Origin: a virus
Lineage: Duplodnaviria > Caudoviricetes
IMG/VR virus record: IMGVR_UViG_3300036982_000927
Span: 1-64,000 of that record
DNA length: 64,000 nt
Direction: 5' to 3' (one strand)
Made by a program: the position numbers and the translations under genes. This document shows positions 27,701 to 35,035 of this stretch, piece by piece; the stretch's first letter is position 1; every line of letters starts with the position of its first letter. Below the pieces are notes generated by a model. It saw nothing but the letters and a program-made list of their open reading frames with translations. It was not told the origin of the DNA and ran no database searches.

Positions 27701-28987
27701 GGCGCCGGTCGCGCCCGCAACGGCTACACGCGGGGCCGATCTCAAAACGTCCTCAATCGCCTGCGAAGCGGCTGAGCGGATGCCCTCCGCACCCAATTGG
27801 GCGCCAACCTTCTGCGCTTCGACTCCGCCCTTCTCAATAGCCTGGCCTATTTTGCGCAAAGTTCCCCCGGCAATGCGCCCGGCAGCCATTCCACCAACCG
27901 CCCCACCGACACCGCCAAGCGACGCCCCTTTGACGACGCTAGCTACCGTCGCGGCGGGCGGCCCAACTGTTTTGACTACCTTACCGGCAACTTCAACACC
28001 TTTCCCAAGTGCCGGAAGCACTTCTCTAGCGCCACTTACCAACTCCGCCCCAACCTTTTCGGCGGCTCCCCCGACTACTTTGGGAATCACTGACGGAATT
28101 GCCGCTTGTGCGCCGTGAATCACCTTTGGAAAAAGCATCCAAGTAAGCGGGTCAACTGCACCATACTCGCCAACGACCTTGGGACGCACGGGTTTGCCGG
28201 CGGCCTCAAGTTCTTTCTGAGTCTCCGAGCTAATAGCGTTCAAAAGACCGCCTTTGCCCTTGGAAGCGTCCTCAACCTGGCGCTGCATGGAAATCCGCTC
28301 CCACAATCGGCGGTCCTGGCCCTCGGGAGTGTCTTCCCCAGGCTCTTTAACCCCGACCGCGCGCCCGATCTTGCCGGCAACCGTCACGGCGCCCTTCTCT
28401 AAACCGAAAATCGAGGACTCCATGCCGGACGCAACTTCAATGTGCTTCCGTTTTTCCTCAAGAATGGCCTCGGCGAGCCGTCGATTCGCCTTTTCATCGC
28501 CGAAAAGAGCCAGGGCTGCATCAATAGTGCCCCGGGCAAACCGTTCCGGCACCCCCTGGATGCGCTTCTCGCCATAGATGGCCTGTGACGGACCTTCGGG
28601 AAGTCCCGTGGTCGCTTCGGCGGCCACTCGGAGCGCGCCTTTGCTAACGTCTTTAAGCGTGCGACCTATGGCGGGCAGCAACGCGGGCATATCCTCCCAT
28701 TTCCAACCACGCTTTTCGAGAATCGCGTTGGCCTTGGCGGCCTTTTCGCGAGTGTCGGCATCACCCCACAAATCTTCGCGCTGACCAAACTCGGTTGCGG
28801 GGTCAAACGGAGGCGCGTCGCCCCCCTTTGTCTTGATGCTGAATTCCGCCAACTCCTCAGCGGTAAGGTCTTTGAAGGGGTTGCCCTGAGGCTGCTCCGG
28901 AACCGCCGGTTGGGCGGGACTTGCGGCGAGCTTTTGAGTAAACTCCGCCTGCTCTTCGGGCGTCAGTAAAGTATTGATGTCGGCCAT
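18713..28987 (-). CDS. Giant (~3424 aa) polyvalent internal virion/ejection protein with HExxH peptidase, ParB-like, cobalamin radical SAM, GNAT and HhH-like modules
   Basis: HEMRH ~27235; DGLHRL ~23945; CKHKCAFC ~23150; YRNQGFGEALY ~22150; LAATSPQ...GPKTRNF...TIDLW 19000-19520; follows the ejection-protein genes. Confidence 0.85.
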   Translation of the reverse strand: MADINTLLTPEEQAEFTQKLAASPAQPAVPEQPQGNPFKDLTAEELAEFSIKTKGGDAPPFDPATEFGQREDLWGDADTREKAAKANAILEKRGWKWEDMPALLPAIGRTLKDVSKGALRVAAEATTGLPEGPSQAIYGEKRIQGVPERFARGTIDAALALFGDEKANRRLAEAILEEKRKHIEVASGMESSIFGLEKGAVTVAGKIGRAVGVKEPGEDTPEGQDRRLWERISMQRQVEDASKGKGGLLNAISSETQKELEAAGKPVRPKVVGEYGAVDPLTWMLFPKVIHGAQAAIPSVIPKVVGGAAEKVGAELVSGAREVLPALGKGVEVAGKVVKTVGPPAATVASVVKGASLGGVGGAVGGMAAGRIAGGTLRKIGQAIEKGGVEAQKVGAQLGAEGIRSAASQAIEDVLRSAPRVAVAGATGAAFDIGLAAGTSTTPAETQQAGAFGLIFGLGHGAFNTARAITSGQIVHNRAWEQVPPPPLTGKFKGLEAAMQAAAPALAPAEQVRLNGLRAMASKIGTEFFFVPREQLGAELAKLGFNDPTAAQQAGFFKGNFKDAAGVERPVVIATEIGAAPHEMRHAIEAVMGEPAMRAVDEQVKAAYADNWEQLGQRYTAQYLHPAVEAGALSPETFRALVSNWRTTLAESSGWGEMDAFDRMVKENTEADGTIAPEVKAEIGATREEMRTRGGNWREIVAEPAEAERIANEAGDRYMARERAAENFDTALKNLGPSLKRTDLVGKLAWAVANMMQTIGAEPLLGRVSEYQGAPLSFETFKRTVEQGREAGAVVVPRAAGEKPVISARAPAATPAQQAEDWADRHPEVADSQRAAAMRALNGAIESGQGVRLDYLSAKGLPGGDPSIMRPERRAEIEVARGALPTDRQAMTKDFFPIKVVTTEASGPQYVGWSPNNFNANHTRMMDWIAKVEAAMPGATAKLVPADFDIANDVRTFVQNQLAGGTGSGREIVVPAETKAAGFTQPERKGGLAGLPQERADVVNYLFANRLPGVEGKPTVQARQGQGQLPLNIAGQQVAEATAPDEGRVTPLVVPRTFEGKVAERQGVAGLPVQEVNPFRAKVDAIAASAGVPAPKLIEVQQRLNAREILDATVAPELERFGANTLTLQAGFQPRDTGKFQFQPAYEKPMMLNLWERFRLWLARKGGPRVSEALRTKSEQVTGPDRLEKQGYLQLGDIALTGTDMSSWIELISIIKAEHDSGRFTIPDFISPPLRFDTTEKLNRYMEGVWSDYVETAGILDSDTPNKNLVELSRAQGEEGAEYGRQRIEQLRKEPSFDKKMREYYGDNSEAQVIEKYRKDAELVPYYRAARLLEMRNQRRVMYEKGVVGPEADAAGMTKRMEEVVKNMEWTTTGLGTKERELEKFYKGLGQAEREVATRTINAEERLSQEMLAESKTGLWRSRFKEFEGKTPDEAGEWLYNEAYVNKNQRAMDIWNDTAIAVGEYIKRNNPDTIRDARIVADAYLSRVRGQKEVVQKVIEEGKQTLVQRRESKTLDAQLAAAAAEGDVGRTEHVGEFKIQGQPRKWNVEGTKGGLTERREIVAEDMAGAWRRAEDAGMRVARVSAVPEGELLEGGAPFMQSLRGQFQAPKKKYKLLSEIQTEKELVPVNTANPQSIIDLFEAGKVPLDEARVNAMVKTIQGGKELPPVTISKDGKVKDGLHRLSAYRIAGKESIPVVLEEEAGVTEGAQARSSLRETGGQAQVAREAERPELDRTKIQGGAITAPHPTYNRAVRASPDENRWVRRSADAANDAQPDNKGRTLLVQLSSDLINANVPKGGDATYYDKLYSGARTGYARLADFWEIPQWVGFASRFMKNADLYVVRDMASAKQFIKDAGYDRVAFSALDVNKGLIRDLVAANPEQRFDLGGYVEKGTFDDLKNATWHGTMEDWAKSAGVAHEAGVDYRHFQGSDVIPRLTMSQGCKHKCAFCTVPKTLDVTPAKVVEQQADEIGRLGAKLVYLNDKTFGQASNYESLAEIKDRITAINPDFKGFIVQTTASQMLRFSPEWLKKSGIQFVELGIESYNDPILHAMHKPATTSLMDRAVERLREAGITLIPNVIIGLPGETAATYGRTLDFLKRNKDIISHANIYNLALYKDAELGKKITTANEGDFDENVLEKSFHTNPEVHRVFAGDVYGLASKMLDQRPETLQFQVGREADAAMPIDDMTELWPRIAKPDEARPEAIEGAAAGAKTKRGQAMEQKGFRFVGEGGPGNRRIKVQDTDGNQVGLISTSQGRLNPEIAHVAEVLVNANYRNQGFGEALYREMATQLQGDGVTKLTGTVVSEHPISIRETVFGKGKTYLESSATGPTTAEEAKGYLRKMRAERSAGFVGVENEILPEAQFQTAKDYNDLAGKPDEWRAEMDTYQGKYVGGLTGAAYDLGAATTTPEGLAELKQYRQEWSDKFSAAVKAGNLEDAMPMAAKGQFFREAIEAAEGGGSAEFIRKHYDPNYRGPLEGAQGEGVQGQPRKKFPKTDEEYSYEDWKKLSEKQKMAAMESRWDQQRAHPIPVSFLVAPDGKLIKGPRWMMHEELVRIAASEYGIGAHTVDNTFARGANDDLLSKVFYVSPGATSDYTKAQKATIKELAFAGRKEPYNGKTNRPAFGEPLLSEGEGEGEGVQAQVQKAEETRGEGEQFQPPGKTMAQLEAQWKRREDEAFRKAKAKRAPVVGNPFVMDKKFDRSGLKKAWILPNGTPVQLGGAWHHQWLSENKDVAEKYGLRVPEFAGSEEAGVREGALKKGFARINYSQNGGVLTVEARDRDWKKTLKNSVTDFVDANADAIDFIEISLLNDSATKEVKSDRVRMLDYTAGEKLQHLPFITEGMQAQVSKKDEPFSDPVFDEEVAKIRAGKSGGQTFNTDGTLFAPENPKVDLVSLVSVNLPRKDVSIDAVRSALGAMGELLNEPNVAAGLFAFKDDKTGKDMVSVDVNAVVPKDYRKNTMAFAKDNDQISIWDWEKALKDPNGNGEVKTGGSGKTRIDALQEALETLDLLSEGRPVDVDEIKKEYGRGAVAEQQVMEGVGAFKPYEPRKLAVMTNTELEQHFPEAKVVRRVRVVGEDGTVRRKEQVITSDITESPLYKQAGGSEEKAVELFANRMVKYLEPLRDLQAFKDGATWYSGFAPRLKKALGKWSQEFAELLAATSPQTDPQQNFQYAYEALRSWQDGRFDKIIKKYDEGFAKVVDGSWSDWLETQRKAGKLDPRTARVQNPSSATFLAEWVTRYKLKPRQLNEKLYGQHSDALLQVFTRRWLDQNAGPKTRNFVENLLGISHGATIDLWADRMMRRMGYEGFEDHWRILPKNQGGVRDVDFAFAQKVFEAAAKKMDMKADDLQGAAWFAEKMNWAKEGWGRLDLGDYRKEMDRMPQLEQKYQHGQKAAKETRKVEKKAGKAAQEEMDFLDLVKPRPMK

Positions 28988-29030
28988 ACGCAAAGCTAGT
29001 GCGGCTAGCCGGCCTTTCTGTCGAGATTGT

Positions 29031-30395
29031 TTAACCTCGGGGAGGTTGAAATCGGCCCACCGGTTTGGCGCCCTGTTGAACCCTCACAGGACGATTGTTT
29101 TGGTCATACGTCACGATTTTTCCGTTGTCCAGGGTGAGCGTGTGAAAGGCCGTCCCGCCGGTGGGGGTGCCACTCGTCGGAAGATTCATTACAGCACCCT
29201 TGGAAGAGTAAATATCCCGCACCCGCTGTTTGATTTCCGGGCTGATATTCCCTGCGGTAGCTGAGAGCGCAACCGCTTCCTCAATCTTCTTTCGAGAATC
29301 CGTCTTTGCTGCTTGCACTAACAGACTATCCCCGGGCTGAGTAAAAAACGCCCGTTCATACCAACTTTTTTCCTGATTAGAAATCGCCGCTCCCGATTCA
29401 AGACGCAAAAGACCCTGTGACCATAAACTGGCCGCCGTATCAAACATCTGTCGGTCCTCCGGCTTGAAAACATTGGGCAGGTTTGCGGTAACGTAATTCC
29501 AAGCTGATCCGGCATCAAACCCATTTCGGGCCAGCCCCTCGAAAATCGCGTCCGCTTCCTGAAAACGAGCGATAGCGTTCAACCCGCGCTGCTGAACTTC
29601 GGTTGGCGCTCTAACCTCCCCGCCAGCTTCCGTATTGAGCACCAGAAATCCTTCCGGAGTTCTTTGACCCACCGGACCCCCGGAAGATGCCCTCGGTTGC
29701 ACTATTCCCGTCGTCACGGAAGCCGCCGCTGGGCTCTGGACGTTAGGTTGCACCGCTCCCGTAACCGCAGGAATCACGGTTCCCGGCTTGGCCGCCTTCC
29801 ACTCCGCAAAAGTCTTGGTAACGGGAGACAAAGGCATTTCCGGTTTAATGTCTCCCGTATATTTGTTGACGTAGCTTTGAACAAGCTGTCCGTTTTGCGT
29901 TATCTTGGTTGGCTCCCAGCCCGCATAAAGCTCAACCTCGCGTTTTTTGGCCTGATTGAAAGCCTGAATTTCAGAAAGCTGCGCAACGATCTTGGCCATG
30001 TCGGGAACCTGCCCACCACCGAGCGGGTCTTCAATCGTTGGCAACGGAAGCCCGGCGGCGGTATAGGTAGCCAAGTAAAGTGGCCCGCTCGCCCCCATCT
30101 TGGACGCGGCGTAATCTTGCTGAAGCCGGGCCTTTTGCACGACTCCCATAAGGGCCGCATTTTGCTGTTCCTGAGCCGCCTTCTGCTGCTGCGCCTTGTT
30201 GACTTCGATGGCGGCCTTATCCTCGGTGCGTTGCCGCTCACTGTTCCGCTGCACAACGTCCGCAGCCGTGACGTAGCCACTGCGAAAAGCCTCGCTCATT
30301 GCCGACACTGCATTGGGAGTGACTACCGCCTCCGGTTTTCCGATTAGTTCGGAAACGGAAGGTTGAATGATTGCTCCACGTGTTCCCAGACCCAA
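29031..30395 (-). CDS. Putative internal virion (ejection) protein
   Basis: Ala/Gln-rich helical composition and position; TTG start 7 nt after GGGGGA. Confidence 0.6.
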   Translation of the reverse strand: MGLGTRGAIIQPSVSELIGKPEAVVTPNAVSAMSEAFRSGYVTAADVVQRNSERQRTEDKAAIEVNKAQQQKAAQEQQNAALMGVVQKARLQQDYAASKMGASGPLYLATYTAAGLPLPTIEDPLGGGQVPDMAKIVAQLSEIQAFNQAKKREVELYAGWEPTKITQNGQLVQSYVNKYTGDIKPEMPLSPVTKTFAEWKAAKPGTVIPAVTGAVQPNVQSPAAASVTTGIVQPRASSGGPVGQRTPEGFLVLNTEAGGEVRAPTEVQQRGLNAIARFQEADAIFEGLARNGFDAGSAWNYVTANLPNVFKPEDRQMFDTAASLWSQGLLRLESGAAISNQEKSWYERAFFTQPGDSLLVQAAKTDSRKKIEEAVALSATAGNISPEIKQRVRDIYSSKGAVMNLPTSGTPTGGTAFHTLTLDNGKIVTYDQNNRPVRVQQGAKPVGRFQPPRG

Positions 30396-30399
30396 TTTT

Positions 30400-31056
30400 C
30401 TATCCCCCAATCGGCTGCATCGAGCAACCCTTCGCCAAATTTTCAGCCGCCAGCAAGGGCTGAAGATTTGAGTAGTGAAAACAAAGCTTTTGCTGATCCA
30501 AATCGAGTAAATCGAAAGACGCTACCGGACGAATGTGGTCAATGTGCCACACTGATCCGGCATTCTCCCAAGACATTCCGCCTCTAAACATTCCCTCAAG
30601 ATGCGCCTTTAACTCGGGCAAAGAACATCCAACCAACTCCAGACTCTTACAATTCTTTTTCGTTCCCTGGAAGGTGAACGCGGTGTGTAACCTGCCCCGG
30701 AGTGTGTGTTGTAACCGATAAATCGGGTCCGACATTTTAACAACGTGGTATGCCTTGCGAGTAACGTTACGTCGAGGGCAGTTTGCCTTGCCATACTCTC
30801 GCCCGTATTTCCGCCAGCGGTCCCGCTGTTTTGCGTAACTTCTTTTTTTTGTCGCCCTATGCTTATCGGGGTTCTCCGCTTTGTCTTTACGAAGTTTTTC
30901 GTAAAGCCTCTCTCGATTGACTAGAAAATAACGGGCACTATAGAGCTTTGCGCACTCCTTGCATTGGTGTTCTCTGTAAGGAATCCCTTTGCGCCCCTTA
31001 TGAAGACGAAAACTCAACTCGTCCCACTCAACTCCGCATTTGGCGCAAACCGGCAT
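30400..31056 (-). mobile_element. HNH homing endonuclease 1
   Basis: N-terminal CAKC...CKEC; WHIDHIRP...CFHYSNLQPL...EN.AKG. Confidence 0.85.
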
Positions 31057-31097
31057 AAAAAATCAATAGATAGACGTGGTTCCTAAGCCCCTATGTT

Positions 31098-31979
31098 TTA
31101 GTAAATTGGGGTTGAAGTCCAGCCACTCACGCCGGACGCCTTGATGCCCCGCTGTTGAGTTGCGCTGGACGCTTCAGTTTGTTGCCGAAGCATTTCGATT
31201 TTCTTGTCCTGTTTTTCCTGCGAGCTTCCGGTATAAAAACTAAAAGGCGCCTCGCCCATTGCCTGCCGTTGTCGAACCGCTTCGTCAAGATTTCGCTGCG
31301 CTTGCTGAGCCTCCGAAATCTGCGCGCGTTGAGTGTCTATCATGCGGGATACCGCGCCAGATTGCTGGACATTGGCCCCCATTTCTCTGCCACTCAAAAT
31401 CCGGCTTCCATAGGACACACTGGCGCCCGGCTGAACGACGGCGCCCCGCAAAGCCTCCGCGTAATTCGAGTTCGACTCCGCCGCTCCAAAAAGCCGGTTG
31501 AGCATTTCGTTGTAAGCCGCACGCCGCAAACCTTGGTTTTCGTTCAGATTCGTGAGTTCATTCAGAATTGCCGCTGGAGCGTCAGAAGTCCGAAAAGCGG
31601 ATACCTGAGCCGCTGTTTCACGAATTCCCCGCAGGGGGCTGGTCAAACTTCCGACCTTGGATTCCAGCGCCGGGTCCTTGGTCGCGCCACCAACCCGTGT
31701 AAGCTGGTCCGCAGTCACCGGGTTTTGCGATACGTAATTCAGCCAACCGATGGCAGACATTCCAGACTGTTTCGGATTTCCACTGGCAACCACCGCGTCC
31801 TTCTGCTGCTGGGTCATCGCTGTTTTGACTTCATCGGGCGCGGTAGCCGCAACGTTGGCCTCAACACCCTTTGAAGCAAGCCCCGGATCATTCAAAACCC
31901 TCCCGACAATCTCAGGAGAACTGAGCGCCGCCTTCGGGGAAAGAGTGCTGGAAGTCCAGCCAGAACCTAGGTTTAGCAT
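31098..31979 (-). CDS. Putative internal virion protein
   Basis: Ala/Ser/Gln-rich, located in the ejection-protein cluster. Confidence 0.55.
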   Translation of the reverse strand: MLNLGSGWTSSTLSPKAALSSPEIVGRVLNDPGLASKGVEANVAATAPDEVKTAMTQQQKDAVVASGNPKQSGMSAIGWLNYVSQNPVTADQLTRVGGATKDPALESKVGSLTSPLRGIRETAAQVSAFRTSDAPAAILNELTNLNENQGLRRAAYNEMLNRLFGAAESNSNYAEALRGAVVQPGASVSYGSRILSGREMGANVQQSGAVSRMIDTQRAQISEAQQAQRNLDEAVRQRQAMGEAPFSFYTGSSQEKQDKKIEMLRQQTEASSATQQRGIKASGVSGWTSTPIY

Positions 31980-31980
31980 A

Positions 31981-32970
31981 TCAATACCCCATGAAAGCCG
32001 CGTAATCGGAAGCGTTACTCGCAGTCAAGGCCGTTGAACCTGCACCACTACTACTTCCAAAAAGTCCACTCCACGTTTTGGCCGTGCTGGGAAGTGCGCT
32101 GCTTCCATACTTGGTCGCTCCACCAATACCCTGGCTCCACGCCTGCGCTTGGCCCATCGCACCCTTAGCCGCCGCATCTGCCGACGCCTGCGCGAGTTGG
32201 TTTGTGGCTCCCACACGGGCCATCCAAATATTGGCGATACTTTCGCCGGACATCCCGGCCTCGGGAATCTCCGCCGCTCCCACAGCCATAGTTCCCTGCG
32301 CGGCGGCCAGGTTTTGAAGCTGGTTGCCCTGAAGCGCGGGGAAAAGAGATTGCAGCAGCGAAGCCCGGTTCTGTTCCAGAGCCGAGGCGGCCTGGGTCAT
32401 AGCAAGCGCCTTGCCCTGCCGCTCCGTCTTGAGGGCCAGCGCGCGCTCGCCGATCATTTCGCGACTGATATTGCCGCCGATGCCCTTGGTCGTCGCCGCG
32501 CCGCTCACCGCGCCAGAACGCTCAAAGCCGGCCTTCACCAACTCGGCCTGCACGTCCGGCGGGAGCGAGGCCCCCGCGTTCAGTTCATCAAGCGCGCTGT
32601 CAATGAGCCGCTGCTTCATCTGACTGGCTACATCGCCGCCGGCCAGCGCCTCCTGCGCCGCCTGCTCAGCTACCGCTTCGCTGGTGCCCGCGCCGAGTTC
32701 GCTAACGCCCTCCAGCATCTTCTGCTCTGCCACGTAGCGGGCTTTGAGCAGGTCTGGGTCCGTGATGCCCTGTAAGGCAAGACGGCTCTTGGCCCGGTCA
32801 ATGTCCGCCGCTAGCGCCTGCGCGTTGATTTTCCCAGGTTCAAGCTCGCTGTAAACAAAATTCCGCTGCTTTTCCAGCGCGTCAATCTGCATTTGCGCCG
32901 CAGCTTTAACCGCATCCGCCTGTGTCTTTGCGGCATACATCTGCCCGGCCATTCCAAAGATTTCCCCGAT
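31981..32970 (-). CDS. Putative DNA pilot/ejection protein
   Basis: Very Ala/Gly/Gln-rich helical protein; start is either ATC 32970 (after AAGGAG) or ATG 32952. Confidence 0.6.
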   Translation of the reverse strand: MGEIFGMAGQMYAAKTQADAVKAAAQMQIDALEKQRNFVYSELEPGKINAQALAADIDRAKSRLALQGITDPDLLKARYVAEQKMLEGVSELGAGTSEAVAEQAAQEALAGGDVASQMKQRLIDSALDELNAGASLPPDVQAELVKAGFERSGAVSGAATTKGIGGNISREMIGERALALKTERQGKALAMTQAASALEQNRASLLQSLFPALQGNQLQNLAAAQGTMAVGAAEIPEAGMSGESIANIWMARVGATNQLAQASADAAAKGAMGQAQAWSQGIGGATKYGSSALPSTAKTWSGLFGSSSGAGSTALTASNASDYAAFMGY

Positions 32971-32974
32971 TTTT

Positions 32975-33649
32975 TTACTTCTCCTTACGCAGGTATAACG
33001 AACCCTTCTGCCGATTTTCAACCCTCAAAAGGGGCTGAAGGTTCGAGAAATGAAAACAGACCCGGACTTGGTTCGGATCACTGAGACCAAAACTGGCGCA
33101 CGGTCGAATGTGATCAACCTCCCAATGCGTTCCCCAATTTTCCCAAGTCATACCGTCCCGAAATTGATTCTCAAGATGCTTTACCAGTTCTTCGGAGGAA
33201 CACCCAAGAAGTTCTCGCGTCTTTGCGGGCTTCCCGTGACTATGCAAAGCGTGCCACATGCGCTTTCGCGCCGCCACCACCATTTGGTAGGCCGGATCAA
33301 ACTCATGTGCAGACCGAAAAGCTTGCATATTACGGCGGGCAACCGCGCGACCCTCGGGCGTCGCAATTCGGGCCAGAATTTTGTCCCGATTTTCCCAATA
33401 TGCATCTACTGCTTTCGCCGAAAGCTTCTCACAATTCTGCTGGTAATACTCGCGACGATACGCCGCATAGCCGTCCCCCATTTCCGACCGGCGGGCGGCT
33501 TCCTTACCCCGAAGCAACTCGCGATTCTCCGCCTTGTATTCTGCATCCCGGGCCTTTTCGCAAGCACGACACCAGCTTCGCGGGTGCCCCTTCCGAAGGC
33601 GGAACTCCGAAACGTCTTTTTCAACCTTGCATTTTGTGCAAATCTTCAT
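32975..33649 (-). mobile_element. HNH homing endonuclease 2 (paralog of HNH 1)
   Basis: CTKC...CRAC; WEVDHIRPCASF...CFHFSNLQPL...EN.QKG. Confidence 0.85.
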
Positions 33650-33654
33650 TCCAC

Positions 33655-33683
33655 ATTGTAGCACAAGCGATTGCATTACACAA
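33655..33683 (-). promoter_or_regulatory. Leaderless promoter of HNH 2
   Basis: TTGTGT-17-TACAAT with TG extension; ATG 5 nt downstream. Confidence 0.6.
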
Positions 33684-34131
33684 GGTCTTTCCTAAACGCC
33701 TCCGCGTGCGGAACGTAACCCAACCGCCGGTAGAGCCGGCGCATTGCCTCCGGTCGCACGAACTGCGACGAGCCCACGATGATTTGCTTGCACCCATGCG
33801 CCTTGGCATCCTGCTCGAACGCAGCCAAAAGGTCCATCGCGCATGCGTAGCGCCGATACCCCGGCACTTCGAGCCAAAAGTATTCGAGCGCCTGCTCAAC
33901 ACCGGTGATCATGCACGGCACGAAAAGGCCAAGCAGCAGCCCGCGCGCTCTCGCACCAGAGTAGTCCACGTAAGTCACCCCGGCGCCGCCACGACACACA
34001 GCCAGCCATCGCTGCGCCAAGAATTCCGGGCGCGCGGGAGCATAAAAGGTCCACTCCTTCCGGCACTGTTCGAGCACCTGTTGGATGGCCTTAATGACCC
34101 GATCCGAATCTTGGACGCACTCCACGCTCAT
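33676..34131 (-). CDS. GNAT-like acetyltransferase
   Basis: EYFWLEVPGYRRY...LLAAFEQDAKAHGCKQI...LYRRLGY pattern. Confidence 0.65.
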   Translation of the reverse strand: MSVECVQDSDRVIKAIQQVLEQCRKEWTFYAPARPEFLAQRWLAVCRGGAGVTYVDYSGARARGLLLGLFVPCMITGVEQALEYFWLEVPGYRRYACAMDLLAAFEQDAKAHGCKQIIVGSSQFVRPEAMRRLYRRLGYVPHAEAFRKDLV

Positions 34132-34132
34132 T

Positions 34133-34993
34133 CTAAAGTTTCTCCAAAGTCCAAAAAGCAATCGTCGGAGGGTAGGGCACAGCGGACGCAATCGCCACGT
34201 CACTGGACGGCGGATGAACGTGCGTGTCCATGCTCACTTCATCGGTTTCGCCCCAAGTCTCGCGGGCCTTGCGCGTAGCCAGACCAGCGTCAACCACGAG
34301 GGTAGTTGTGCCCCCAGAACCAGCGGCATCCTGAACAGCCTGCGACAAAGTCCGACCACGCCAGGATTGAATGTTGTTACCAAGAACCTGCCAGCCCGGG
34401 TTTCGGATCAACGCCTCGGCGAGTGTCTGCCAGGTGACTTGCTTAATGTCCCCAGGGCATCCGTCAACCGTGCGCCACATTCCGCGTTCCCACCAAATGA
34501 AAACCGAAATATCGGTGTCATAAAACTGCTGGTAGGGCATTGGGCCAGCAGGCCGGCTAGCCGTCGGACCACTCAAAACGAGATCATTAAAAACAACCCA
34601 AGCCGTTCCGTTGAACATATACCACGCAATCGGAGTGCCATACGTGGGGTTGTTGATCGAGTAATCGGCGGTAGTTCGCAGCCACACCGGCGGCGAACCG
34701 ATTGCCGGAGTGCTGAATCCAATGTGATACCAAGTCGTGGCCGAGTCGGTAATGTCCTGGGGGACGTAACGTTTCACAGCGTCGTCCCAAACATACCACT
34801 TGCTGCCGTCCTTCAACCACGGTCCGACGTTTGACGTGGGCTCGGTGTCGCCAACGTAAATGAAGTTCGTCCCGCTGGGCGAAACGACTTGCATCCGGCG
34901 CACCATTTCGGCGCCAAGTTGGGCCGGCGTGCCCTCGAACGTCGCCGGCAACTGGGCCATCTGGATCAACAGGTTTGTTCGATTCATTGCCAT
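34133..34993 (-). CDS. Putative tail protein
   Basis: Trp-rich beta-type sequence within the tail cluster. Confidence 0.5.
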   Translation of the reverse strand: MAMNRTNLLIQMAQLPATFEGTPAQLGAEMVRRMQVVSPSGTNFIYVGDTEPTSNVGPWLKDGSKWYVWDDAVKRYVPQDITDSATTWYHIGFSTPAIGSPPVWLRTTADYSINNPTYGTPIAWYMFNGTAWVVFNDLVLSGPTASRPAGPMPYQQFYDTDISVFIWWERGMWRTVDGCPGDIKQVTWQTLAEALIRNPGWQVLGNNIQSWRGRTLSQAVQDAAGSGGTTTLVVDAGLATRKARETWGETDEVSMDTHVHPPSSDVAIASAVPYPPTIAFWTLEKL

Positions 34994-35035
34994 ACCCTAA
35001 AAGTGCCTTTCGTAACCCGATTTGTCCGCTAAAAA

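Noticed and set aside
33676-34131. GNAT gene in the tail cluster as a novelty
   Set aside because: Acetyltransferases next to ejection-protein genes are a recurrent feature of podovirus-like genomes
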